64,000 nucleotides of DNA. It comes from Octopus sinensis. Lineage: Eukaryota. Position numbers and translations under genes: made by a program. The first letter of the stretch is position 1; each line of letters begins with the position of its first letter. The notes beneath the pieces were generated by a model. That model was not told the origin of the DNA, ran no database searches, and saw nothing but the letters and a program-made list of their open reading frames with translations. The stretch is taken from assembly GCF_006345805.1 (NCBI RefSeq), contig NC_043000.1, positions 124,620,001 to 124,684,000 of the forward strand, in the 5' to 3' direction. Shown in pieces: positions 25,623 through 38,692 of this stretch.

Positions 25623-26529
25623 TATATATATAGACACTTATATACATTATACATTCATGCACACACTCTCACACACACACACACGAGATTTAGATATGTA
25701 CATGAGACGGGTGGGTTTTTACTGAGAAATATATAATTAACAATAAAAATGAAACCAAAATTTTTTATAGACATTTTCTTCTTTTTCTCACCATAAGTGA
25801 TATCATATGACAAGAAAACATTGAAAACGTGAATAGAAGGAAGGAGACTGAATGTAAATGTTGTTCCACACTGTCATCTTAAAGTTTGATATGCCAATAC
25901 AGTATAGATTATTCCTAAATAAGTCTATGAAAATGTTTTATGTGTTGGTTCAACCTTTATTGAATTAGGAGCGGATAATCAGAATATTGAAAATATGTTA
26001 CAAAATATTTGTACTGGCAGAAGAAACATTGAAGTATCTGAATTGTATTAAATATTTTTTCTTTTTCTCATTCTCCCTCTCTCTTGAAATAATTCTCTGT
26101 ATAATAGAGGATGGAAATATTTTGTAAAGAATTGGCAGTATCAAAATATTCACCTCTTTGATTCTTAAACCGTTTTCTGATTACTATAAGTGCAGTGATG
26201 GTTTGGGATGCTTTTACCATAGATGTTCCCTCTGGCACCCTGTCACCACTGTCTTTACCTTTTTTCCAACTACTCCCATCCACCCTTATATAATGCTGGA
26301 TAGCCATGTATCTTCTCTGTAGTGAGACACCTGTGCTTGTCCCACTGTCTACTTTGGCCTTGAACACCTGGAATAAAACCATCTCTCAAATACACTCCTG
26401 CTCAGGTGAGGAGGCTTTTTCTTTTTTTTTTCCTGTCTTGCAAGTTAATTGGTGCCATGAAAAAAAAATGCACCTGGTACACACTGTAAATTGTATAAAG
26501 AATTGTGGGTAAGGCCAAAACAATGCGAA

Positions 26530-26642
26530 GTAAATGCAAGGTAAATTACAAGAAAACAAATATGTGAATTAATGTAGACTTACCTTGTGTTTAATATTTC
26601 GGGTTTATGACCCCATTTTCAAGAAAATAAGCAAATGTTGCC

Positions 26643-26694
<52 letters not shown>

Positions 26695-27000
26695 CGTGTG
26701 TGGAATGGACATGCACAGAAAGGTGTTGCTATAGCAACCAGCTAGCTTCCTGCAGTTCTCTTTTGTTGTTGGTCTTAGGTTTCTTTTGTTGTATGAGGAT
26801 GGCCTCAGAGATTCTAAAGTTGCCCCTGTTCTGATGTGTTGCCTTGATGTACATTGTGAATTCCTTGGTCTGGCATTTCTGTAGCTGTTTCTTCATGGAA
26901 GTATCTGCCTGCATGTGTTCCTTAATGCATATATGCAGTTTTCTTGTGCTTTCTATGTAGGATGCACCACATTTTCCACAGATGAAAGTAAGAAGGGCAT
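26530..27000 (-). mobile_element. Penelope-like element 3' fragment: GIY-YIG endonuclease C-terminus plus 3' UTR
   Basis: Translation CGKCGASYIESTRKLHICIKEH...FRISEAILIQQKKPKTNNKREL* fits the PLE GIY-YIG pattern (CxxC..YIG.T.R.L..R..EH...EA..I....P..N). A decayed HHR follows. Confidence 0.75.
26589..26628 (-). ncRNA. Heavily decayed minimal hammerhead motif in the PLE 3' region
   Basis: Minus strand: UUGAAAA UG GGGU CAUAA ACCC GAAA UAUU. Stem II and GAAA are retained; the CUGAAGA-like core has two changes. Confidence 0.35.
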
Positions 27001-27156
27001 TCAACCATAGAAACCATGCCAAAGCAGACATTGGAATTTGACATGGTTCTAATATGTCTTGTTGGATCCTTTCAAAATATGTCATGTTGGATCCCTTCAA
27101 AATGTCCAACTCATGTCAGCATGGAAAACAGACATTAAATGATTGTTATTATTATC

Positions 27157-27644
27157 ATTTCTCTTTATCACAGGTTTTCTTGGAGCTCCTGGAGTCTTAC
27201 ATGCATAGCAGGCTTGCTCCCTGCAGCCTACAATACCATGCTATCCATTCTTTTCAGCTATCTGATACTTTCCTGATTATTCTGGCCATACCAGAGGCAA
27301 ACCTTTTGTAACAGTTCTACTGGGCATGCTATTCCAATTTCCTTTATACTCCCTTTGATGCCTTCTGATGCTGTTCCCAAGGATCCAACAATAATTGACA
27401 CTATCTTCACCTTCTCCATTTTCCATAGCTGGGCTATTTCATACTTAGGAGGGTTGTGCCTATCTATCTTTCCGTCTTCCTTCTTGACTATTCATGGGTC
27501 AAAGGGGCATGCAACATTGGCTATATAGCATATGTGGTGCAGCTTGTCCACCACTACCAGTCTGGTCTGTTATGCTCTAGCACCTGATCTGTTGGAATAG
27601 GGAAATCCCAGAGGATTTTGCTAGTCTCCGACTCCACCACTCTT
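27157..27644 (-). mobile_element. R4/Dong-clade non-LTR retrotransposon 3' fragment (RLE endonuclease)
   Basis: KILWDFPIPTDQVLEHNRPD..VVVDK...KYEIAQLWKMEKVKIVSIIVGSLG...ELLQK...ARIIRKV. Flanked by (ATT)n on both sides. Confidence 0.85.
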
Positions 27645-27769
27645 TTATTATTATTATTATTATCATCATTATTAAGTAAGGTGGCAAGCTGGCTGAATCA
27701 TTAGTCTGCTGGACGAAATGCTTGGCAGTATTTTGCCTGTTGCTATGTCATGAGTTCAAAGTTGGCACC

Positions 27770-28010
27770 TATGCCAGTGGCACATAAACGCACCCTGGTG
27801 TCACACAAATGGCACCTGTGCTGGTGGCATGTAAAAACATCCATTACACTATCGGAGTGGTTGGCATTAGAAAGGGCATCCAGCTGTAGAAAACCATGCC
27901 AAATCAGACTGGAGTCTGGTACAGCCTCCCAGGATGCCAGCCCCGGTCAAACCACCCAACCCATGCCAGCATGAACAACGGACGTTAAATGATGATGAGG
28001 ATGATGATGA
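27770..28010 (+). mobile_element. SINE family C
   Basis: Family motifs and (GAT)n tail. Confidence 0.75.
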
Positions 28011-28559
28011 TGGGGCACGTGAATAGACCCAACAAGCTATCTATTCTCCATTCTAACTCAAAAAATTCAACAACCATGAAACTAGCATTGATGTTAACAA
28101 CTTTGACACACTCAATCCTCAAACATTTAAGTTCAAATCGAACCAGGTGAGAATGATGCTCTTGATGTTGTGTTTTAACATAGAAAGGAGCCAGTATGGT
28201 TGTACGGTTAAGAAGCTTGCTTTGCAACCTGCAGCTTTGGGTTCACTCCCACTGTGTGGCACCTTCGTCTTTTACTACAGTCCTGGACTGAATGCCTTGT
28301 AAGCAAATTTGGCCAACAGAAACTGTGAGGAAGGCCATCATATGCATGCATGTGGCTGTGTTTGTCATCTCCCCCATCACTTGAAAATTGGCGTTTGTTT
28401 GTTTACATCCTTGTAGCTTAACAATTCAGCAAAAGAAACCATTAGAATAAGTAATTAAACTTTAAAAATAAATATGTAAGGTGGTGCCCCAGGTGCCCCA
28501 GAATGGGCGCAGTCTAGTGACTAAAATGAGTAAAAGATAAAAAGAGCATTCCTTGCAGG

Positions 28560-28680
28560 AGAAAGGGTTGAAGGAAATAGAATTTCAAAGGTTTGCAGTC
28601 TTTGGGAGGAAGAATTGGATAAAGTATTCAGAGTGGAGTGTGGGAGATGTGACAACAGAAAATGAGAGAGAGGCGGTTAG

Positions 28681-28760
<80 letters not shown>

Positions 28761-28765
28761 GATAG

Positions 28766-28796
<31 letters not shown>

Positions 28797-28803
28797 TAGA
28801 GAT

Positions 28804-28838
<35 letters not shown>

Positions 28839-29185
28839 TATTGAAGGGCTTTGTGGCTTGCTAGGTCAGATGTAGCAGCAAACTTCAGGCGTGCAGCTAA
28901 TTAAATAGAGACTATTGTAGAAGTAATCGAAAAGGCAGAGAAGAATGTGTGTCAACCACTAAGTGTATTTGTGAGTCAGTGGTTGGAGCATAATGGTGAG
29001 CGAATATTTGTCTATCTGTTGAATGATGCTGTGTTTTAGATGTGATCTATAATGCTTGTGGTTTGTATGAGTAGCAGCTGCATTATCCAAGCGTGTGAGC
29101 AGTAGTCTACTTTGGGTCCAAACAAAGCTTTGTAGGGGGTCGGCTACTGATAAGTGACAAAGTATTTCTTGGCTCTGAAGAAGTA
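28560..29185 (-). mobile_element. Old L2/CR1-group LINE fragment interrupted by (GATA)n/(GA)n
   Basis: RAKKYF...YKALFGPKVDYCSHAW resembles the L2 RT C-terminus (LYKAQVRP..EYCSHIW). Multiple stops. Confidence 0.55.
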
Positions 29186-29359
29186 TAGGCGCAGCTGGGG
29201 CTGTGTGGTAAGAAGTTTGCTTTTCAACCACACAATACTGGGTTCAGTCCCATTGCATGGCATCTCGGGTAAGTGTCTTCTACTACAGCCTTGGGTTGAC
29301 CAAAGCCTTGTGAATGGATTTGTTAGATGGAAACAAAAAGAAGCCATTCTTTTAGTTAA

Positions 29360-29590
29360 GGCAGCAAGCTGGAAGAAACATTAGCACGCCGGGTGAAATG
29401 CTTAGCAGTATTTCGTTTGCTGTTACCTTCTGAGTTCAAATTCCACCAAGGTCAACTTTGCCTTTCATCCTTTCGGGGTCGATAAATTAAGTACCAGTTA
29501 CACACCGGAGTCGATGTAATCGACTTAATCCCTTTGTCTGTTTTTGTTTGCCCCCTCTGTGTGTAGCCCCTTGTGGGCAATAAAGAAGTA
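29360..29590 (+). mobile_element. SINE family B nested between the two halves of a SINE A (about 29185-29915)
   Basis: Family A head precedes and family A 3' part follows. Confidence 0.75.
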
Positions 29591-29634
29591 GGAAACTAAA
29601 AGAAACCATTCTTATTATGTGTGTGTGTATGTGT

Positions 29635-29689
<55 letters not shown>

Positions 29690-30054
29690 TGAGTGAATGT
29701 CTTTGTACATGTGTTTGTCCCATCACTGCTTGATAACCAGTGTTGGTGTGTTTACAACCCCCAGTTCAGCCAAATAATCCAATAGAATAAATACTAGGCT
29801 TTACTAAAAAATTAATAATAATGATAATAATAAGTACTGGGATTGATTCATTTGACTAAAATTCTTCAGACAGTGCTCCAGTATGGCCACAGTCTAATGA
29901 CTGAAACAAATAAAAGATAAACGATACAAATCTGTCATGTGAGTCTCACATATAGAACATATGGAAATATTCATCACCACCACCACCACCACCACCACTA
30001 CCACCACCATCATCATAATCATCATCATCATCATTACCTTTAAAAAGGACTTGA

Positions 30055-30922
30055 GATAACAAAGGTAACACCTTCACTGCATGACTTGAACAACATGCAA
30101 ATGAATGGCAAACACAGCCTATAGAAAATACAGTTGGAATATCATTTCTAATAACTTTTGAAACCTGCTCTTGTTACCCATCATTATCGAGTAATTATCG
30201 CTGGTAAATCTAAGTATGTTGCTCATAGATACATCTTCTTTTGTAAGCGCAGACTTAGCAGCATCATACAAACCCTGAGATGAACCATTTTCTACTACAA
30301 TCACATCCAGAAGAGCATCTTTGACATTAAGCAATTGTTCATCAAAAAAGCGAACAACTATTGCTAAGATTTGTACCACTGAGAGGTCCATACTCTCATC
30401 TATCAATAACAAAAGCCTTTGTTTCTTGAGAATTTCTAAGATTTCATTTCGTCCATAATGTGCAATTCCGTCTTGCATAACGTATATTAATTTTGTTTTT
30501 TTTTCCATTTGTTGATTTTTAGCTATGTCTATATTGGGGAAGTTCTTTTTACAAATTTCAGCAAAGTGATTTATATGGATGAAAGGTATGTGATGTTCAG
30601 CAACATAGCGTATTAGTAGCAAGTCTATCTTTGCCATTTTTTCATTTAATGTATCATCTGTTTTTTAAACAATAAATGAATCTAATTTAATAACAGTTTT
30701 CGCACAATCAAAAGCTTTCTTGTGTTTAGCAGTGTTTTTATGAGCTAACAGCATTGATTCGTTAGCATTTTTCAACACAGCATTGCAACAAATGCAGTAG
30801 CAGGTATCAGGATTTTTATCATCTTGCCATAACCAATCTTTAAGCTCAGCGTCCTCCAGCCACGACTTCTTGAAATTTTGGGTGTACCACTTTCTCTTTT
30901 TGTACACACTATTGTCTGCCAT
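30055..30922 (-). pseudogene. hAT-superfamily transposase, N-terminal half (zinc finger plus first catalytic Asp), disrupted
   Basis: YTQNFKKSWLE...CYCICCN...HKNTAKH zinc finger; LLIDESMDLSVVQILAIVVRF; SDNYSIMMG; frameshifted GCVCHSF motif. One stop between the ORFs and 3' truncated. Confidence 0.85.
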
Positions 30923-31599
30923 TACTTCGCAAAGGGTTTCAAAATAAAAACACTCACTCATAGTGTTATTAAACAAATTTTAAATCGCGAGTAACAATCG
31001 AAGCGTACACCATCAACACAGTCAAGCTGTAAGCTGGTGGTGTCAGAGTTTCAGACAAGTGTACAAGTGGCCACCAACGCGTTGTAACTTGTTGTTGCCT
31101 GGTATGATAAAAGTATAAACAACCTTTTTCTGATGATAACTGAAAAGAAACAGCAATTTTAGCAAAATACGAAGTACGACTACAAGCAATATGAACTATT
31201 TTTCGAACAACAAAAGACACAAAAGGAAAACAAAACAAACAACATACAGAACGACCTTTCATCAGTTGTTGGCTGTTTTTCTACTCTCTTATTTCGAGCA
31301 TTTAACAACAATATATGCTTTTGATAAAACAGTTGCTCCCACAAAGCAAACTAAATAAAATTTGGGATTTTGCGGAGGGTCAAAATTGGTGACACAAACA
31401 GGACAGTGAAAACAAACAGGAAGGGCTGCTAAGCCTAAACGAGGTTGTGGCATGGCTGTTATATTTTTTTGATAACATAATTGGTTAGATAGGATGATGT
31501 CTATATTACAATATTACAATAACCAATAATATGTTGTGCATGTATAGTAATATTATGATCATGAAATTAACATTAGTTTATCTCACACTTTCTCTTGGA

Positions 31600-31662
31600 A
31601 CTCCTAGGAACCTTTTATGGAACCCTAGGGTTCTAGGGAACCCCGGTTGAGAAACGTTGCTG
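31600..31662 (-). mobile_element. hAT-type terminus
   Basis: Minus strand: cagcaacgtttctcaaccggggttccctagaaccctagggttcc. Confidence 0.5.
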
Positions 31663-32337
31663 CACATTATCGAATGCTTTAATGATATCTAAGGTAATAA
31701 CACAAGCATCAAAGCTGCAGTTGAGTCTATTGCATATCCTGAGTGATGGCTGTGAATGTGTCTGCAGAGGGTATGAAAGAGCAACAATCATTGCTTGTCA
31801 TTAATGCAATTAGTTTTATTCAGCTGGTTAATGGTGTGCTAGTTAATGAAGGATTCAGACAGATTGCTTTTGATTCTTAATAAGTTAATTGGGCCTATAA
31901 TGAGACAGGGGAGAAATGTCACTGGGGTTTTTGAAAAGGAGGGAAACAACAGGCTTCTTCTGTAAGTTGGGGAAGTTCATCTTAAGACAATGATTGAAGA
32001 TCTTTGTTAGAATTGAGAATGTATCAGGGAAATGAATTTTTATTTTTAAACCATTGTGGGATTTGATTTAGGGCCATTTGTTTTTGACAGAATAACATAT
32101 TTTATATATTTATTAAGCTCTCATTATTGATTCTCTGAAGTCAGAAATAAAACAGGAGTTAGAATGAGTGAAAGTCAGGTAAAGAATGGTGAGAGTTATC
32201 CAGCATGGAATTTAATGCAAAGTTCTTAGTAAATAGTCAAGTTTTGTTTGAGACTGATAAGATTACTTCAGACCCATTAATGATTGTAGGAATAAGTTTA
32301 GAACTACCTGCAAAGGCAGTCTGCTGTCTTGTTTGAC

Positions 32338-32444
<107 letters not shown>

Positions 32445-33371
32445 TAAAAAAAAAGCAGCTTCAGAAAGGAAATTGGAAAACAGTGATGTTAGTTTAGATT
32501 GGAATTAAGAAGTTCATAGAAATTTTAGCAGAATTCTAAAACTGCACACATCTTAAGAGCAGATGTAATTCTCCCTTCCATTGTCTACGATTTTGAATGG
32601 ATCTGAGAAAAGCTTATAATCTGTTTAACGTTCCTTTCTTTTTAATACTAGTGTTCTCAATGTTAATTTAATTTGTGAAAACACCAGAAGAAAGAAAAAA
32701 AAAAAGAGGAGGAAAAAAGGAGCTGGAGTGATTTATTTAGGATTATCATTAACTTTATAATTACGTTAAATTTTGGTTTCTGTGTTTAGATTAATTATTT
32801 TTTATTCATTTGAAACCAGGAAAGCATCTTGAACGTAATTTGTTCAGCTTTATGATTTACTAGCTTTTATGAACGAGACTGTAAAAGTGTAAAAGTATTG
32901 AATTAAAAATATTACTTCATATAATTATTATTTGTGGGGAAATTTGCTTTGACTTAGTGCTAGGACTCATAAAGCTGGAGTTTGACTTGGTTTCCATGGT
33001 ACATAAGTGATTGAGATTAGAACATTCCCTCTTCTCTCAAATGAGATGCCAGTTCCCCACTGATTTAATTTCCCAGCTATTGCTGGAACTCATTTATAAC
33101 TGAATTAACTGGAGCAAGGGGAAATGAAATGTTTTGCTTAAGAACATAATGCGGTGCCCAGTTGGGGAATCAAAACCACAATCTTATAACTGTGAATGCC
33201 AGGGCTGGATTAAGACCTGTAAAGGCCCTAATTGCTTAAAAGATTTTGTTGTCTCTTATATGAATAATACAAAATATAAACAATAATAAACCATAAAATA
33301 AATTTTTATTTTTCAAAATGAAACAAAACTAACAGTAAAATGGAAAATAATGTTTATTTTTGTATTATTTG

Positions 33372-33668
33372 TTCCTTCTCAAGCCATGTCTGGCTCATAA
33401 GGGCTGGTTTCCCAGTTTTCTTGGTGTATAGATTCCTCACCTGGATGGGATGCCAGTCCATCGCAGGTGAGCTGCAAGATGCAGGAGGAAAGAGTGAGAG
33501 AAAGTTGTGGCGAAAGAGTCAGCAGAAGTTTGCCTTTACCTTCTACCGGAGCTGTGTGGAGCGTAGGTGTTTCGCTCATAAACTCATACATTGCCTGGTC
33601 TGAGATTCGAACCCATGATCTCTCAACCACGAATCCGCTGCTCTAACCACCAGGCTATGTGTCTCCAC
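33372..33668 (-). mobile_element. tRNA-derived SINE with V-domain-like motif
   Basis: Minus-strand tRNA head (tagcctggtggttagagc...gggttcgaatc) and gcgatggactggcatcccatccagg, resembling the V-SINE central motif. Related copy at 62525. Confidence 0.6.
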
Positions 33669-34267
33669 TTATTTTTATATACTTCCAGTTTATATTTTAA
33701 ACGTTTTCTCCAATTTTTTTTTATTGCAAAGTCTTTGACTAGATCCTCACTATGGCACCATGAACACTCCAGAATTATATTTCTGATCATATAAACCACT
33801 TTGAAAATTATTTTAGCAAGTTTTATGGAATTTCTTTTGTACTGTAAACCATTTACTATTTCTGTGGTGCCTTCCTTCTCTTGATGCCCTAAGAACGTGT
33901 TATTTTACTTAATGGTTAATCCAGCACTAGTGAATGCAACACTCTAACCACTAGACCATGTGCCTTCACAAAGTCTCAGAGAAGTAAAATTCTTGGAAGG
34001 AGGAATTGGTTGAGCTTCTGATACAGAATCTAAGAAATGAGGCATTGTGGATATGAGTGAGAGATGGGTAAATTTAAGTGGCTCACTTAACGTAGCATGA
34101 AACAACCAGTTTCATCAGAAGCAGAAGTTGATATTGTTGTTATAAACTGGGAATAGAAGGGGTTACAGTTTGATGAGGAATCAGAAATTTAATATAGTTT
34201 GTAATGAAGGACTTACTTATTACCATTCATTATTATGTTTATAAAGAAATGGCAAAGTGTTAGATAG

Positions 34268-34677
34268 ATCCTGGAAGGAATTTTGCCAAATTTTGGCATT
34301 GAAAGCTACACCAATGCCAGAACGGGACAACACTGCATAGTGCTAAAGGTCCCAGCATTGCCATCACACTTCAGGACCAGTTACTGCAACAGCCTGGGTT
34401 TCAAGGGCCCATAGCTTTTTAATATTCTCCCAAAGAGTCTGAAGAACTTGCACAAAGTAGATGTAGGGGTTTTTAAATCAAAGCTGGACCTCTTCCTGTC
34501 GAGAGTCCCAGATGAACCTACCTCACGGCAAGAGGTGCAAATGAGGGTAGTTATATCAAACTCCATGCTTCACTAAGTGCCACATATTAGAGGAGGCTCT
34601 TAGTAATAACAGTGTAGCAAAACGACGGTGCATCAGCTTGGCCACAGCTCTGAGCTGAAACTAGAGAAAAAAAAAGA
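34268..34677 (+). mobile_element. CR1-group LINE 3' end with A-rich tail
   Basis: ILEGILPNFGI...SLGFKGP*LFNILPKSLKNL...FKSKLDLFLSRVPDEP...SNSMLH*. Confidence 0.75.
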
Positions 34678-35293
34678 TATTTGTGGCATTTAGATGTGTC
34701 TCTACCACCACAGCCATCATTACCAATGTAGGCACATACCTTAACCACTTCTGCTGCCAACCTACAGCTAATCATCCACCATTGTCCCTGCAATGATTTC
34801 TACAAACATTGGCTACACTATTTTGAGGGAGCTGTTGTTGCTACATTTGTCTTTTGCCACTGCTACCCCTATTTGGAGAAAGTGGTGTCACTAGCTGCAC
34901 AGCAATCAGCATGGTAGAATTTACATAGACTTACATTTCTAAGTTCAACTGATAAATAATTCAGTAATTTGCATAATTCTTTGCTATTCAAAATTCTGTT
35001 GTATATTCATTAAATATTTGCTAATAACTCATTTTCTATGCTGATATTTAAATAAAATTGAAATAGTTTCATATTTTGTTTAATTTACATGTGTTTACCT
35101 ATAATTAGATTTGCTTTGAAACTAAAACTACGAAACAGATTTGGTGAAGAACCTTTTGTAAATTGTGATCCAAAAATCACATTAATATGGTGACAAATAA
35201 AGAGAGTTGCTTTATTAAATCAGTCTAAATACACGATTATTTTAGAATTTAATTAAAACACATAAGGAGTTTATTTTAGTTAGTAATATATTT

Positions 35294-35769
35294 ATTTCTT
35301 TTTTGCCCACAGGGGGCTAAACAAAGAAGGGACAAACAAGGACAAAGAGATTAAGTCAATTACATCGACCCCAGTGCATAACTAGCACTTATTTAAATTG
35401 ATTCCAAAAGGACGAAAGGCAAAGTTGACCTCAGCGGAATTTGAACTCAAAATGTAATGGCAGAGAAAATACTGCTAAGCATTTCGCCCAGCATGCTAAT
35501 GATTCTGCCAGCTCGTTGTCTTTAGTTAGAAATATATTTATTTCTTTACTGCCCACAAGGGGCTAAACATAGAGGGGACAAACAAGGACAGACAAACGGA
35601 TTAAGTCGATTATATCAACCCCAGTGCGTAACTGGTACTTATTTAAATGACCCCAAAAGGACAAAAGGCAAAGTTGACCTTGGAAGAATTTGAACTCAGA
35701 ACATAATGGCAGAGAAAACACTGCTAAGCATTTCGCCCAGTGTGCTAATGATTCTGCCAACTCACTGCC
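35294..35769 (-). mobile_element. Two tandem SINE B copies sharing a triplicated target site
   Basis: tttagttag(t/a)aatatatt at about 35275, 35521 and 35770. Confidence 0.8.
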
Positions 35770-36395
35770 TTTAGTTAGAAATATATTAACAAAAGGGTTA
35801 AGCCGTTCACTTCTGAAGATGGTCCTTTGTGCCTGAAATATCTAAAGATTACTTATCCTGTACCCTTACATTGCAAAAGCATTGTATGAAGCTCTCTGTC
35901 TGCACCATTTGTTATTCTTACATCTGTATCACAATGTTTCCAGCCAATTACAATGCTCTCCTTCCATGTCTTTATATATATTCTGAGTTAAAATCCTGCT
36001 ATCATTGACTTTGTTCGTCAATCTTCCTAGGGTTGATAGAACAACTGCCAGTGAAGTACTGGGGTTGATTAAATTGACTATATACCCTCCTGTAAATTTG
36101 AAGTCTAGTGGCTATGTTAAAAATCAATACTATTCCTACAGACAAGGGTAATTAATATTAGAATTACAAGAACATCAGACATTATTTAATTACGTCTTTT
36201 AGATACTGGGTTCAAATCCTCTGGGGCTAAATTTACCTTTTATTCTCCTGGGGTTTATAAATAATTTTTCATAATATACTGAGAATTAATTCAATTTGCT
36301 ACATTTCAATAAATTCATGGCTGTCTACCAATTTAAGAATGTTGCAAATCAATATCATGTTAACAAAGTCAAGTGCATAATTCCAGACTCCATCT

Positions 36396-36427
<32 letters not shown>

Positions 36428-37231
36428 CACACACACGGACACACAGACGCATGCTTGCACATATATACACACATTCACACATACACATACACACATTCAG
36501 AACTGAACTAATATGCACAAAACATCCGCAGACATCCACTTGGAATGAACTGTTTCGGACAGATTTCAAGAGTTGATTATCTTTATTAAAATCAATTATA
36601 AGATGAGCAATGATGTATGTTATCAAGTCTGTCATAATGTTTTTAATTACATGTTTCATCTTGTGACAGAGACGAATGAATTACCAATTTTTTTGTTTTT
36701 TAAAACTGTTTAACTCCATTAGCCAACAAATCAACTGACAGACAACCCACAAAAGAGACCTCCCACCATGAAGCCAAGACATGGTAGAGTACTTCATATT
36801 TCTTTTTCATTTCTTGGGAAACCTTCCATGACCATAATTTTAATGAAATGCACTGCTTATGTGTTTCAATTAATTCTAAATATTATTTAAAAAATTGTAG
36901 TATTTTAGTAAAATATGTATTTTATTCATTAAGATGGTTTTCTTGAATATAGCTTAACAAGATGTTCTTATATCTTTCGTCATTTGTCTTTTACTTGTCT
37001 CAGTCATTGGGTTGTGGCCATGCTGGAGCACCACCTTGAAGAACTTTTGAATGAACGAATCGACCCTAGTATATATTTGTTTTTGCTAAACCTGCTACTT
37101 TTTCTATCAGTGTCTTTTGCTGAACCACTAAGTTAAGGGGACATAAACACACCACCAACACCAGTTGTCAAGTGGCAGTTGGGGACAAATACAGACATTA
37201 TTATGCACACACAAATATATATATATATATA

Positions 37232-37780
37232 TGCTGAGACCCCCTTCGGTCATGACTGACTGTGGGATTGCACCTAGAACATTAAACTCCCAGGCACAAG
37301 TCCGGGCAAGTTTGTTTATGGGAGACCAGCAGTTGCCCATGCATACCGGTCTCCCCTCTCCATGCCACCAGTGTTCTCCAAGGGAAAGGGAAAGGCTGAT
37401 ACTGCTTGGTACCTGTGACATTGCAACACATTTCTACAGCTGAGTCCACAATGTTCCTGAAGGTCACAATGGTCATCCTTGGTCATGAGTGGATGGCTAT
37501 CATATATATATCATAAATCATCATCATCATCATCATCATTTAACGCCCGCTTTCCATGCTAGCATGGGTTGGATGATTTGACTGAGGTCTGGTGAACTAG
37601 ATGGCTGCACCAGGCTCCAATCTCATCTGGCAGAGTTTCTACAGCTGAGTGAACTGGAGCAATGTGAAATAAAGTGTCTTGCTCAAGAACAAAACACGCA
37701 GTGCAGTCTGGGATTTGAACTCATAACCTCACAATTGTAAGCTCTATGCTCTAACCACTGGGCCATGCGCCTTCATGCAT
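37232..37780 (-). mobile_element. tRNA-derived SINE interrupted by a ~205-bp templated insertion
   Basis: SINE continuity across tttctacagctgagt, duplicated at 37431-37445 and 37636-37650. Confidence 0.7.
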
Positions 37781-37967
37781 ATATATATATATATCATCAT
37801 CATCATCATCATCATCGTCATCGTTTAACGTCCACTTTCCATGCTTGCATGGGTTGGACGGTTCAACTGGGGTCTGGGAAGCCAGAAGGCTGCACCAGGC
37901 CCAGTCTGATCTGGCAGTGTTTCTACAGCTGGATGCCCTTCCTAACACCAACCACTCCGTGAGTGTA

Positions 37968-38025
<58 letters not shown>

Positions 38026-38105
38026 CACATATACACAATGGGCTTCTTTCAGTTTTCATCTACTAAATCCACTCACAAGGATTTGGTTAGTCCATGCATG
38101 CACCT

Positions 38106-38166
38106 AATAACTCATGAGATGCTGGAGCAGATTTCTGCCCCGACATCTGAAACTTGGAGTTTTATT
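38106..38166 (+). ncRNA. Decayed copy of the 13010 hammerhead family
   Basis: AAUAA CUCAUGA GAUG..CAUC U GAAAC UUGGAG UU UUAUU; the flanking sequence also matches 13070-13110. Confidence 0.5.
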
Positions 38167-38692
38167 ATGGCAACCGAATAATTGTCACATGTATTACAGA
38201 TATATATATATATAGCTCAACGGCTATCTAGTAATACCATTGTTATGCAGAAATTTTGGGATGGTGTTCAGCATGCTCGAAGACCAGTGGGAGGGAGGCA
38301 CCCCTCAGCTTCTGTTGAAGCATGTCTCTATAAAACCCAGATATGCAGGGAATGGTATTGGACATTTTGGGGATCTTTGGTTTGTGCTAGAGATCATGGC
38401 ACTCCCATATCACTGAGCCTGTGATACATATTGGCACCAGATATCTTGTTATGGCTTGTTTCTGGATAATGTTAATAGAGTGGTGAGGGTCTATGAAGTG
38501 TCATGGAAGCCTTATTGGACCTAAAACTTTATTGGACCTAAAACTCTGCTCAAGCATTGCTGACCTCTGCTAAATATGTGCTGCTTTTTTTTTCTATATC
38601 CTAGAGTCCACAATGTTCCTGAAGGTCACAATGGTCATCCTTGGTCATAAGTGGATGGCTATCATATATATATCATAAATCATCATCATCAT

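Noticed and set aside
26068-26382. 104-aa minus-strand ORF / possible 109-nt exon
   Set aside because: It has plausible AG and GT sites but no recognisable homology; a thioredoxin-like 'IHGYPAL' in another frame ends in a stop.
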